A stretch of 64,000 bases of DNA, from assembly GCF_009914755.1 (NCBI RefSeq), contig NC_060926.1; one strand, given 5' to 3'. The position numbers were made by a program, and so were the translations under genes. The DNA comes from the human T2T-CHM13v2.0 reference genome, Homo sapiens. Shown here one piece after another: positions 38,331-55,089 of this stretch. Positions within the stretch are counted from its first letter, which is position 1, and the number at the start of each line of letters is the position of its first letter. The notes below the pieces were generated by a model. That model made no database searches and was not told the origin of the DNA. It saw nothing but the letters and a program-made list of their open reading frames with translations.

Positions 38331-40680
38331 CCAGAAAATCTGTCTTTGTAAATTATTTTCATTTAAAGGTTTAACAGAGATGGAGCCTCAAAATGAAATG
38401 TAGAAGCAATGGTACGACAATTAGCAAAATGCTGTGGAGAAGATCAGAACATACTTTATCTAGGAGGTGGCATTTAACTTGAACAATTAGCTGAAACTAG
38501 AAATATTACAGCATATGGTCATTTTGAAGACTGAAGAAGAATCTGACTTTTTTTGTTTGTATAAAATGTGATAAGGCTGGTAAATTAATTGGATATTAGA
38601 GGGCACTGAATTAAAAGCTTTTTAATTCAAAGAATGTAATTAACTCACTTCTTTATTTTCTTTGATTCAATTCATATGAATTTATCTATCATGTAGTAGG
38701 TTTTTACTAAATCCAGAGTTATGCAATAGTAAATAAAACATACAAGAATTCCTGTCCTAATGGTTATTACACCCCCCCTTAATAAAACATAGAAGCAGAG
38801 ATATAATTTATAGCCCTCAAATGAAATAGGAACTAAAAGAAGCCCATGATTTATTTACTTTTTATACTAAGTAGGAAAATGAGCTATATTTTTTTCTTCC
38901 TTTATAGGTGGGCATTCACTTGTCAGGCAATCTCTCCTCTAAATTCCAATTCTGATGCCATCCTAGAAAGGTTTATACATGGAGTACCTAGGCCTCAGTT
39001 GCAGAGAGCACCCAGTAACACCAATAGATGCTCAACTAATGACAAATGAAAATGGAGAGGTTAAGGTTGAGGGAATGCATTGTGGCCATTCTGTACAAAT
39101 CCAAAAGCCAAAAGCCAAAAGCCAGCTCTCTTTGAGTTTTTCCACATTTTTCCTTTAGAAAACAGACAAACAAACAAACAGGAGCTATTCGTTGACTTCA
39201 GGTCACTTCATAAAACTGGTAAGCCACATTTCAGTAAACATGAGAGCACAAAACAGAGATTTTAGAAGTACTAGTTTATTTTTAAACTATTAGTATAATA
39301 AAATGAAAGTATTCAAAACATTTAAAATTAATTTCATACACGATTTACACTAAGTAACTAGAGAACACATTCTACTATATGAAAAAAGATGAAATTGATG
39401 GGTGTCAATTATGTGTTTATTGTGAATTTGTTTGAAGTGAATTTATTTTTGGAAATTATTCCCTGCGTGATCTAGAGATCAAATAGTGCTTGCCATAACT
39501 ACACTGTAGGGATTTTTAAAGCAGAAAATTTCTGGAAATTATTTAGTTATTATCATTTTTTTTTGGTTACCAAATTGGTGTGGTTTTCTAAAAGAGGGAA
39601 TTAGAGTGAAAATAGAAAAGATAAAAAGGATTAAGGTAATTTACTGCTTGATGTAAGACTAATGAATATTTGAAAATCTCATTTGCGGCTTAGTTTAGCT
39701 TGTATTTAAACAATTCACTGAGGGTTCTTTTATATAATTGGAAATAGACATTAATAAGATCCATATCTTATGTATTTGAAACAAGTCGTTTCATTATTTC
39801 ACCAAACATTTATTGATTTCTCAGAATATTTTTCGTAGTTTCTGAAGACACACATTTTAGTGAGATGTGGCACCTAAATTCAAATAAATTAAAGAGCAGG
39901 GCAGCGAAGAGGCAAGTCGACCACCAATTACTCTGGGAGAAGTGGAGACACCAGTATCCTCAAAAGCAAAATGGAAGGTACCATAATCAAGAGGAGGGGA
40001 ATAAAGCAATGTTTTCACAGACCATTACTATTCAGCTACTCACTGCCTGTAATAGTAGCTAAATCGTATCTGAGATTTATTCCAGCTCTCAAAATATAAA
40101 AAGTCTAAGATAATTGCAATATAGTTTTAAAAAATCTTTAAAACAAATAGAACAAGGAAGAACAATTAATGTTTTAGTCAGAGTCTTGGATCATTAATAC
40201 TCTTCATGAGTAAATTCATAATTTGTTCTCCACCATGAGAATTATTCAGAGAGAAATTTCTTAAATCTGCCTGTGGCACACACTGGCTGAAAGGGATAAT
40301 AAATTCATGAAAGATACAAGAACATTAAGAGTTTTGTTATTCTGGTGGCATGATTTGGGTTACTGAATGTTATAGTGTGTCGCCTGGTTAGAAAATATTT
40401 TACTTTTTTACTTCTAGTTACTGTATGGTTTTCTTGGAGAACATTTTTATTTTTATTTTTCTTGAACCATATATTGAAAATAATTAAAGACAAATAACTA
40501 TTCTGAAATATGATGTCCTAAAAAGGATAAGGTTTATAATATTTTCACTCCATCGAGACTATTAAAAGAGCAAACACAATGCCACTGGACGGACAGAATG
40601 AAAGTCAATTCATCTCTGTTCAACATAATTTTCAAGCATTAAGAACATGGTGGCCTTTGTTGTAGTTCCCTGGAATACAA

Positions 40681-40883
40681 CTATATGTGTATATATACAC
40701 ATATATATATACACACACATATATACACACACATATATACACACACATATATACACATACCTATATATACACACACACATATATACACATACATATATAC
40801 ACATACATACATATATATACACATACATACATATATATAGTCCCTCTCTATATATACATATAGTTGTAGTTCTAGGGAACTAC

Positions 40884-40937
<54 letters not shown>
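40681..40937. repeat. Complex (TA/CA)n then (GA)n microsatellite with embedded inverted repeats
   Basis: Mixed TATACACA units at 40681-40840 and a (GA)n run at 40900-40937. Confidence 0.95.
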
Positions 40938-42165
40938 TTTGGAATCAGTGTCACGTCCCTAAAATGTGATTATCACTTGAGAGAAGAAGATAAGTGCTGA
41001 AACTACTGTCATACGAGACAGAATAGAGATACAGATGTGTGGAGGGAGAAGGGTATGATTATGTACCATGGATAATTTGCTGGTGAGCAAAACATTCTAG
41101 CCAGACATTAACCAGTCATTAGGATTTTGTCAAAAGATAAAGGAAGAGTATTGAATAGAGCTGGAGCAAAAAGAGCTGAGTGTGCTTCAGGAGCTATTAT
41201 TTATAGATGGATCATAGAGTAATTATTTCAGAATGAATAATGAAAGTTAGGGTTATAATTTGAGACAAGTTTAGAAAGCTAGGTTAGCAGAGAAAGACTA
41301 TTGAAAGACTATTGAAAATAGTCTAGGATGCCTTGGCTAGTAACTAATGAAGATAAACAGATTAGCACTGATGACGTCAGTGTTCCCTTCCAATGTCATG
41401 AGTTTTCTTCTGAAGTATAGTAATTGGACTTTTTTTTTTACACTTCCAAGTTTTCCCATTGTGTGGTTTCTTTGATATGATAAGGGTTTTTTTGCAAAGA
41501 ATCATAGAGAAATTAGGAATCATGTGGTTATTATACTTGAAAAAACATAGCCAATTTTGTTCCCCAGAAATTTAGAAACTAAAATATATCAGAATTTCAA
41601 GAATGATAGGAAAAGTTTCTTTTTTTTTCCTTAGGGTATATTAGCAACTCCAGTGACCCAGTTCTCTTTAAGTATTTTCAGAAGACCATATAATTTCCTC
41701 CTGTTATTTTTTCTATGTGGATCGCGCTTCAATGTTTCCTGATTCAATATAGAACATCACCATTGGGCAGTCTTACATCAAATCACCCCTTGGTAGTTGA
41801 TCTTTTTTTTATTACCAATTAATTCATGATTGTCTGTGGCTCACAATTCAATGCATTGTGACCAGGGCAAAAGAACACCAAAAAAGTAAGAAAAGCATGC
41901 AGACTTAACTTTCTGTGGCTGGTTTCCTTAGAAGGAAGCAGCATGGTTGGCACCTAGAATTTTAAAAACTGCCCTCCATGACACACAACTAAATATATTC
42001 TTCTTCTCTGGATTAAAAGTCATATAAACAGCATCTGCCACAGAAAACATAAAATGGTGCACTCTGTGATTTGATGTTAATTGCCCAAAATAAGACTAAG
42101 GATAAAAATATCTAACTCCATCATGACAGTTAAATTGGCTTGATCAGCAGTAGCTATCCCCTCCC

Positions 42166-42167
<2 letters not shown>

Positions 42168-42200
<33 letters not shown>

Positions 42201-42217
42201 CACAAACACACACACAC
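42168..42217. repeat. (CA)n microsatellite
   Basis: About 15 perfect CA units plus an interrupted extension. Confidence 0.9.
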
Positions 42218-43409
42218 CATTCAGTCATTCCATTCCTCCCCAACAAATATTACTAACACTATTTTAAGCTTAGAACATAGCTTACTAATCATTAGAACTG
42301 AAAATGTTTTTAAAGTTTGTACATGCTACATAGAAATTGATCTGTTTCTGAAAAATAATGATAGCATGAAGATACACATTTAACTAATTTATAATACAGA
42401 TTTAGTAGAGTCTTAAAATCTATGGTAGTCAAAATATTGCTTCCATTTCCTTATGTCTGTTTCTAATCTGTAGGAACACATCAAAAAGATGTCAAAAAGA
42501 AAGCAACTCATGAAAGTGGCACTGGGAGCCACCCTTTGCACAATTCCAACAGGTTCTTGGAGAAGACTTTATTAGGATGAAGTGCCAGGGTTTAGATTTG
42601 TATTTATGTATTGACTCAATAATTCACTCAATACATGCTTTGACATGTGTAATAGTTCCTCTTCCTTAACAATGTACTGCTCCAAAATTAGTTTATGAGG
42701 ACTGAAGTCAACATGTAGACGTGTAAACTGTGGAAAATAAGGCAGACTATAATTTTACAAGCGTATGTTAAGGCTTTTATATGCCAAAAAAAGAGAGTCC
42801 GATACCATAAATCAAGAATTCTCACAATCTGAGTGGTATATGCAATCTTGATAAGTAGAAAATAAAAATCTTATCCTAGAGAAATGAATTTTCTCACATT
42901 AGGTTTTTCTGAAGGACAGTGTTACTACCAGCTATGGAGTCTAAGGTAATTGGTGATGTGTGCAGAGAATTTTAGTGACACATAATTATCTCTTCATTTC
43001 CACAACATCTAAACCAGCCCATACTGCAATTAATCGTAGCCTGTGGCCATATAGTTACAAAATACACCATTTGATCATCTGTGAAATGAAAACTGTTGAT
43101 ATAAGCTTTCATGAACAAACTAACAACCTCAGTGGGAGTCCAGTGAAGTGAACAGTGGAGAAGGGCACAAGCCCTCACCTGCAGCCTGACTTTGGGCAAA
43201 TCTATTCTCAGATCTCACCTCCAATTTTATTAGCTTCCTGGTGTAAATAATGGTGCCTTTCTTTTTCAGTCAGACTCATTGAAATCTCATCCAATTCTTA
43301 TCAAAGAGATGTACAATGGTTGAAATCCTTTTTAAGAATTAATATCATATAAAGACAGCTGCTTGTAATTGTCTGATAAAGAATTAGGACAAAGGTATCT
43401 CTTCCGAGC

Positions 43410-43532
43410 CTTCTCAGTGGCTAGCTATTTGACTTTGAACATGTTGCTTTACTCTTTTTCTCCATCTATAAAATGAGTATATTTGACTAGATATTCCTTA
43501 AAATCTTTTCTATTTCTAAACATCTATGACTT
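43410..43532 (+). mobile_element. MIR3/MIRc SINE fragment
   Basis: tgactttgaaca...tctccatctataaaatgagtatatttgactagat...ttctaaacatctatga. Confidence 0.65.
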
Positions 43533-44467
43533 TAAATACAAGTTAGTAGTCTGATTTTTTAAAAATACCTGAACATTTAAATATCTCCTTGCTCCTGAAT
43601 TCTTCAAGTATCAGTAATATTCTTTTGATGTGGGCAAAGCTAATGAAACATTTCTTGGCCACATGATTGAAATAAGCATGTTATTCCAATAAGCAAATGA
43701 AGAACTAAAAATCTCGATAAGTAAATGAATATAGGTATTTGTTGCAAGAATTTAAAAATAAGCTGACTTTAATTTTACAGCTTGGAAGTTCTGGATGTGA
43801 CTGAAAATGTAATGATCCTGAACCTAGTCTGCATTATCCACAAAGCTATTAATCTTAAAATGTTCCAAAACGTGCAGGTTTTACTTTGCTCTCTTAACAC
43901 ATTTTTGCATTTAAAAATCATTCACTTATAACTGATAAAAAGACTAGAGTGGCCATAGAGTTTTCAGTATGCCCCAAGGTGCTTTTTATGATAAGGTTGA
44001 ATTGGAATGTGCTTCAGGAGACTATCCTTATATTAGGTCTTATGGGTGAGTGCACTGTGTCACTATGATTTATGGTACTCAACTCTGCCTGGGGAGAACA
44101 TGGGTCTTTTGAGGAGTTGCAGGCATATTTTGGAGAATCATTCTGAGGCTGCTAATTGGAAATTGTCAAAATGTGTTGCTCCAGTCCCATAAGAACTTAC
44201 CAGACTTACTTTACCAAACCAGCAGCAAATCTGATAACACCTATAATTCATGCATAACTGCTCATAGCTTTCAAACTGGGTTTTTAACTTGACTGAAGAT
44301 AGTTTGAATATGAGTGACATCCTTGGTCAAAGTATCCTTAGGGTAATTATAGATGATGGAATAGATTCATTTTAGAAATTTCAGATGGTATTAACCCTGG
44401 GACAATTCATTCATTGTGTTTGAAAAAAGTGAGTACATTTCTGACCTTAAACAATTTATACTCTAAT

Positions 44468-44672
44468 ACAAGGGTCTATAATGGGCAAGCATTAATTTTT
44501 TTTTCAAATTTCCTGGGCTAAATGGTCTCAGTAGCAACTAGTTAACTCGGCCATTATCGACCTGAATATATGTTATGAAAAAGATAAATAATTGGGTGTG
44601 GTTTTGTTCTAATAAACCATTATGTTGAAAAACAGGCAGCCCATGGGGCATAGTTTGTCCTAGTAGTTTGTC
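44468..44672. mobile_element. MER58A (hAT-Charlie) MITE
   Basis: ggtctcagtagcaactagttaactcggccatt...gggtgtggttttgttctaataaacc...aaaacaggcagc...catagtttgtcc. Confidence 0.75.
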
Positions 44673-45350
44673 CTCTTATGAAAAGAGAATACATGAGTAT
44701 AAATCAAATAAGAAAAGCTAAGCCAAGCACAGAAAAGTAAGAAAACTGTGGATATACGTAAGAAATGACAGGAATTTCAAAGAATAAGATTTCTGTGGGC
44801 AGAAGAGGTTCCTGCAGGCATCAAAGAATAAGTGTGCATTGAAATGCTGTTCTCAAGCAAAGGATACTTTTCCTTAGGCATGTCTGAGTAAGTGGCTACT
44901 TTTGTCTTGTAATTTAAACCATACCCCAAAATACTACCTTAACCTGATCCCTTGACTTACCCTGGAATAGGGTAAAGACACTGAGAATTAGGATACTTGA
45001 GTTCAGAACTGCTATTTTATGCACTGCTCTGTGATCCCATGTTAGTTAAATTTTTGACTCTAAGTATGTGAATAAAATATCCTAGAAAAATATGGGCTTT
45101 CAGATTTACCAGAATGTACATGGAATCTAAAATTATTACAAATGATTTCTCACCATTTGCAAATAATCAGTTTAAAAAATTTGACTATTGCTTTCCCACT
45201 GCTTCAGTTGCCAGGGCTCCTCAATAATTGGTATCCTCTCCTTAGCACATTATTTGTTCTCCTGCTTTTGTCTTTACTAAACCTGTCAAAAACTGATTTC
45301 AGGAATAATCTTAGCACTAATATACATCCATCTAGCTTTTCTCCTAAATA

Positions 45351-45820
45351 TGTATCATGGTTTTGTTTTTATTGCATTTGTGGACCAATTATTTACCCCC
45401 TCCCCATATCCATATTCTTCGACGTGTGACTTTGTACTTTCTCATAGTCTATGCCCCCATTCCTTGAATATGAAACTAACTTTGTGACTTATTTGACCAA
45501 TAGAATATTAGCAGATATGATGTGTGATACAAACAGAAGTTTGATAGCATGCTTGCTAATTTTTGCTTGCCTATTTTACATTAGCTATAACCATGAGCTA
45601 GCCTGTTGGAGAAAGAGAAATATACAGAGCACTCATGTTTCCTCAGTTGTCAAGGTCATTCTAAATTGGCCAACAGCCGGCTGACACCCAGATATGTAAG
45701 TAATTTCAGTCCAAATCAATAGAATAACCTAGACAAACCACAGATTAGTAAATAAATGAATGCTTATGTTTTATACAACTGAAACTTTTTATGCAGGCTT
45801 GGTAGCATGAATGTAATATT
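45351..45820 (+). mobile_element. MLT1-family MaLR LTR
   Basis: gtgtgactttg...tgtgacttatttgaccaatagaat...gcagatatgatg ... aataaatgaatgcttatgttttat. Confidence 0.7.
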
Positions 45821-46074
45821 ACATAAACAATGAAGACACGTACTATTATGTGAAAATGCAAGATACCAGTTGCATAGTACTCTAAGTAATACTTATTTCA
45901 GATCTGGTGCATTTGTGGTACCAGACAAATCACTTGTTATGAAAAGCAAATAAGAACTGCACTACTCCATAAAATTATTGGAATAATCTCAGTTATGAAT
46001 CTTCATTCACTCATGAATAAAGACATCCTAAACACAAAATCAATATACCATTTCTAGAGGCAGAAGGATAACAT

Positions 46075-46876
46075 CGCATAGGTGATGTCAGCAAAAACAG
46101 GGGAGCAAGGAGCTCCAGTGGCCTATGCCTCTTCCAAAACATGGAACAACTGGTTAAAACTATCAGAATAAACCTCATAGGAACTTTGGATGACAGTCAA
46201 GGACTTACAGTAGCCAAACTAATGCTTAATCAGAATAAAGCCTCCTGTAATGAGGTGGGAAAGCTTTGTGGTATTTTAACTTGCCCTTGCCTCACTCTCT
46301 TCCCTTCCCAAAATGAGGATAGTCCATGTGCCCAATGCAGATATCTGGTTGGGAAGAAAGTAGAGTGAACCTTGTTTCCGAGGAATTTTTTGTCTGTCTG
46401 ATCTGTTGTGAAAATCCCTGAAGGAGTAACAAACACAAGAGGCTTACTTTGTTTCACCTAACTTGGCACTCTCATGCTGGTAAAATGACTTTGCAAAGAA
46501 TATGTTCTAAAATATTAGAGGGCAAGTAAATAAGCCACTCCTACATAGAGCAAAACATAACACTCAGGGCAAGGAACAGATGTGCCAAAAGCCTGGAAGG
46601 AAATTTTACATTATATATAATGTAAAATGTGTGTGTGTGTGTCTGCGTGTGTGTGTGTGTGTGTGTGTATGTGATGTCAATTGCAAAACTCAGAGTAATC
46701 ACCAAGAAACATCAATACAAAATATACATAAAATTAGAAGGGAAAATGATACATAAGTACAAAAAGTAATGAAACACAAATAACACAGGAATAAAGCAAT
46801 TGAGGAACAAAAATGATACGAAACATAAAGAAAAAACCTAAATAAAAAAAGTCTGCTTTACTATCACTTACTTTTA
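46075..46876 (+). mobile_element. Old L1M/L1MB host element, 5' part (5' UTR fragment and inter-ORF region)
   Basis: gtgatgtcagcaaaa...aaactatcagaataaacctcataggaact is an old L1 5' end. A-rich inter-ORF sequence leads to the ORF2 start region and continues at 53020. Confidence 0.55.
46628..46672. repeat. (GT)n microsatellite
   Basis: Interrupted run of about 20 GT units. Confidence 0.9.
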
Positions 46877-47104
46877 TTTTTTTGATTTTTTCATTTTTTA
46901 TTATACTTTAAGTTTTAGGGTACATGTGCACAACGTGCAGGTTAGTTACATATGCATACATGTGCCAGGTTGGTGTGCCACACCCATTAACTCATCATTT
47001 AACATTAGGTATATCTGTTAATGCTATCCCTCCCCTCTCCCCCAACCCCGCAACAGGCCCTGGTGTGAGATGTTCCCCTTCCTGTGTCCATGTGTTCTCG
47101 TTGT

Positions 47105-50924
<3,820 letters not shown>

Positions 50925-50987
50925 TATGATGTTAGCTGGTGATTTTGCTCGTTAGTTGATGCAGTTTCTTCCTAGCCTCGATGGTCT

Positions 50988-52005
50988 TTATAATTTGGCA
51001 TGTTTTTGCAGTGGCTGGTACCAGTTGTTCCTTTCCATGTTTAGTGCTTCCTTCAGGAGCTCTTTTAGGGCAGGCCTGGTGGTGACAAAATCTCTCAGCA
51101 TTTGCTTGTCTGTAAAGGATTTTATTTCTCCTTCACTTGTGAAGCTTACTTTGGCTGCATATGAAATTCTGGGTTGAAAATTCTTTTCTTTAAGAATGTG
51201 GAATATTGGCCCCCACTCTCTTCTGGCTTGTAGAGTTTCTGCCAAGAGATCAGCTGTAAGTCTGATGGGCTTCCCTTTGTGGGTAACGCGACCTTTCTCT
51301 CTGGCTGCCCTTAACATTTTTTCCTTCATTTCAACTTTGGTGAATCTGACAATTATGTGTCTTGGAGTTGCTCTTCTGGAGGATTATCTTTGTGGCGTTC
51401 TCTGTATTTCCTGAATTTTAATGTTGGCCTGCCTTGCTAGATTGGGGAAGTTCTCCTGAATAATATCCTGCAGAGTGTTTTCCAACTTGGTTGCATTCTC
51501 CCCATCACTTTCAGGTACTCCAATCAGATGTAGATTTGGTCTTTTCACATAGTCCCATATTTCTTGGAGGCTTTGTTCATTTCTTTTTATTCTTTTTTCT
51601 CTAAATTTCTCTTCTCACTTCATTTCATTCATTTGATCTTCCATCACTGATACCCTTTTTTCCAGTTGATCGAATGTGCTACTGAGGCTTGTGCATTTGT
51701 CACATAGTTCTCGTGCCTTGGTTTTCAGCTCCATCAGGTCCTTTCAGGACTTCTCTGCATTGGTTATTCTAGTTAGCCATTCGTCTAATTTTTTTTCAAT
51801 GTTTTTAACTTCTTTGCCATTGGTTCAAACTTCCTCCTTTAGCTGAAGAGTAGTTTGATCGTCTGAAGCCTTCTTCTCTCAACTCGTCAAAGTCATTCTC
51901 CATCCAGCTTTGTTCTGTTGCTGGTGAGGAGCTGCATTCCTTTGGAGGAGGAGAGGCGCTCTGATTTTTAGAGTTTCCAGTTTTTCTGCTCTGTTTTTTC
52001 CCCAT
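50988..52005 (-). pseudogene. L1 ORF1p, frameshifted
   Basis: MGKKQSRKTGNSKNQSASPPPKE... at 52005, a frameshift near 51845, and the C-terminus ...QPLQKHAKL ending at 50988. Confidence 0.95.
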
Positions 52006-53019
52006 CTTTGTGGTTTTATCTACCTTTGGTCTTTGATGATGGTGACGTACAGATGGGGTTTTGGTGTGAATGTCCTTTCTGTTTGATAGTTTTCCTTCTA
52101 ACAGTCAGGACCCTCAGCTGCAGGTCTGTTGGAGTTTGCTGGAGGTCCACCCCAGACCCTATTTGCCTGGGTATCAGCAGCGGAGGCTGCAGAACAGTGG
52201 ATATTGGTGAGCAGCAAACGTTGCTGCCTGATCGTTCCTCTGGAAGTTTTGTCTCAGAGGAGTACCCGGCCATGTGAGGTGTCAGTCTGCCCCTACTGGG
52301 GGGTGCCTCCCAGTTAGGCTACTCAGGGGTCAGGGACCCACTTGAGGAGGCAGTCTGCCCATTCTCAGATCTCCAGCTGCGTGCTGGGAGAACCACTACT
52401 CTGTTCAAAGCTGTCAGACAGGGATATTAAATCTGCAGAGGATTCTGTTGCCTTTTGTTTGGCTATTCCCTGCCCCCAGAGGTGGAGTCTACAGAGGCAG
52501 GCAGTCCTCCTTGAGCTCCACCCAGTTTGAGCTTCCTGGCCACTTTGTTTACCTACTCAAGCCTCGGCAATGGCGGGTGCCCCTCCCTAGCCTCACTGCC
52601 ACCTTGCAGTTTGATCTCAGACTGCTGTGCTAGCAATGAGTGAGGCTCTGTAGGTGTAGGACCCTCCGAGCCATGTGCAGGATATAATCTCCTGGTGTGC
52701 CGTTTGCTAAGACCACTGGAAAAGCGCAGTATTAGGGTGGGAGTGACCCGATTTTCCAGGTGCTGTCTGTCTCCCCTTTCTTTGACTAGGAAAGGGAATT
52801 CCCTGACCCCTTGCGCTTCCTGGGTAAGGCGATGTCTTGCCCTGCTTTAGCTGATTCTGTGTGCGCTGCACCCACTGTCCTGCACCCACTTTCTGACACT
52901 CCCCAGTGAGATGAGCCCGGTACCTCAGTTGGAAATGCAGAAATCACCTGTCTTCTGCATCACTCACACTGGGAGCTCTAGACTGGAGCTGTTCCTATTC
53001 GGCCATCTTGGCTCCCTCC
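52006..53019 (-). promoter_or_regulatory. L1PA4 5' UTR internal Pol II promoter (sense and antisense)
   Basis: The YY1 motif (ggccatcttg, 53001-53010) is intact. Many CpGs have decayed to TG/CA. Confidence 0.75.
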
Positions 53020-55083
53020 CAGTTACTTTTAATGTAAGTGAATTAAGCTGTCCAATTAAAAGGCAGAGAAGAACAAAATGGACGCATAAAATAAATCCAT
53101 CTATATGCCGTCTGTAAGATATTCATTCAGTGTAGAATCAAGACACAGATAGGATGAAAGTGAAAATGGTGGAAAAAATGTATTCAATGCAAATAATACA
53201 CAAAAGAGAAATGGGCTGTCATACTAATATCAGAAAATATATACTTTAAGTCACAAATTGTTACAAGGCATCAGGAAGTATAACAGATATCAACATACAC
53301 ACCTAAAACCAGAACCACAGTATATATGCGGGAAAAATTGAAAGAATCAAGGGATATATAGACATTTATAAAATTATAGTTGGGAACAGCAATGTCATAT
53401 TTTCAATGCATGTATAATAATTAGACAAAAATAAGAAAGAAGACTTGAAAAAAGAAACAAACTAGAAATCAACTGGACGTAACTGACATACATAGAACAC
53501 TCCATCCAACAACAGTAGAATACACCATTTCTCAAGTGCACATGGACCAGTCTCTAGGATAGCACATATATTAATCTGCAAAACAAGTTTAATAAAATAT
53601 ACTAGAGCTAGTAAATTCAAAAAAGTTTCCAGATACAAAGTCAACTTTCTATACACTTATAAAGAACAATTCTAATAGAAATTAAACAATAATTCTATTT
53701 ATAATGACACACAAAATAATATAAGAATAAATTTAATCAAGGAAATGAAAGACTTGTACAAAGAACACTTCAAAACATTGCTAAATGAAATTAAAGAAGC
53801 CCTAAATAATTGGAAAGACATTCTTTCTTCCTGGATTGGAACATTTGAGGACGTTAATATGTCTATGCATCCCAAAGCAACTTACAGATTCTATGCAATC
53901 TCTATCAAAATGCCAATGGTCTTTTTTTTTGCTGAAATAGAAAAGCTAGTCTTCAAAGTCATGTGAAATTGCAAGAAACCCTGAATAGCCAAAAAAAATA
54001 CTGAAAAATAATAATGTTGGAGGGCTTACATTTCCTGACTTCAAAACGTACTGCTAAGTGATCAAAAGGGTGTAGTACTGGCATAAGGATAGGCACATAG
54101 ACTAATACAAGAGTGCTGAGAGTTGATGAATAAACTCATATGATCTATAGCCAATTGACTTTTGAAAGTGTCACAGCCACTCATTGGCGAAAGAGTAGTC
54201 TCTTTAACAAATGGTTGTAATAGTTACATATCATGCAAAATAACAAAGTTGATTCTTTATTTCACATCACATACAAAAATTAACTCAGATGCATTGAAAA
54301 AGTAAATAAAAGAGCTAAAACTCTAAAACTCCTAAGATAGAACAGAAATAAATCATTACAACCTTGGATTTTACAATAGCTTTTTAGGTATAGTACCCAA
54401 TGCACAAGCAACAAAAGAAGGAGAAAATCATAATTCACAAAAATGTTTAAAAAAATACATCAAAGGACACTAGAAAAACAGTGAAAAGACAATCCATAGA
54501 ATAGGAGAAAATATTTGCAATCATATGTCTGATAGATGTCTATTATGTACAGTACATGAAACATTTCACTGCTCAACAACAAAAGGACAAACAATGTCAT
54601 TTAAAAAATGGGCAGAAGACGAGTAGACATTTCTCCAGAGACTAATCACGTGTTCAACAAGCAAATAAAAAGATGTTCAATGTCATTTGTTAAGGCATAT
54701 TTGTATAGCAGAATATTATTCAGTCATAAAAAGGAATGAAGTACTGATGTATGAATGAACCTTGATAACATTATGCTAAGTAAAAGAAGACAGACATAAA
54801 AGGTAAGTATTGCATGATTCTATTCAGATGAGCTATTCCGAATAAACAAATCCACAAAGACAGAAAGACAATTTGTTGTTCTCAGGGAGTGAGTACAGGT
54901 GGGAATAGGGGGTGACTGCTTAATGGGTATAGTGTCTCTGTGTGAGGCCATGAGAAAATCTGAAACTAGATAGTGTTAATAGTTGCACAACAGTATAAAG
55001 TATTTAACAACACTGAATTGTACCCTCTAAAATGGCTAAGAAGTTAAAGTCCATGTCATGTGAATTTTACCACAGTAACAAAA
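53020..55083 (+). mobile_element. Old L1MB-type host element, ORF2 remnants and 3' UTR
   Basis: Resumes with ttacttttaatgtaagtgaattaa (TLNVNGLN-like). ORF 53745-53966 reads MKDLYKEHFKTLL.... L1MB 3' end: ctagatagtg...cactgaattgtac...tgaattttaccac. Confidence 0.8.
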
Positions 55084-55089
55084 CAGATA

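Noticed and set aside
40610-40901. YI/HT-rich ORFs on both strands
   Set aside because: Translations of the microsatellite.
41372-41379. Perfect CRE palindrome TGACGTCA
   Set aside because: A single 8-mer without a supporting motif cluster; plausible by chance in 64 kb.
44066-44075. PBX-HOX motif TGATTTATGG
   Set aside because: An isolated AT-rich 10-mer, not unexpected by chance in this composition.
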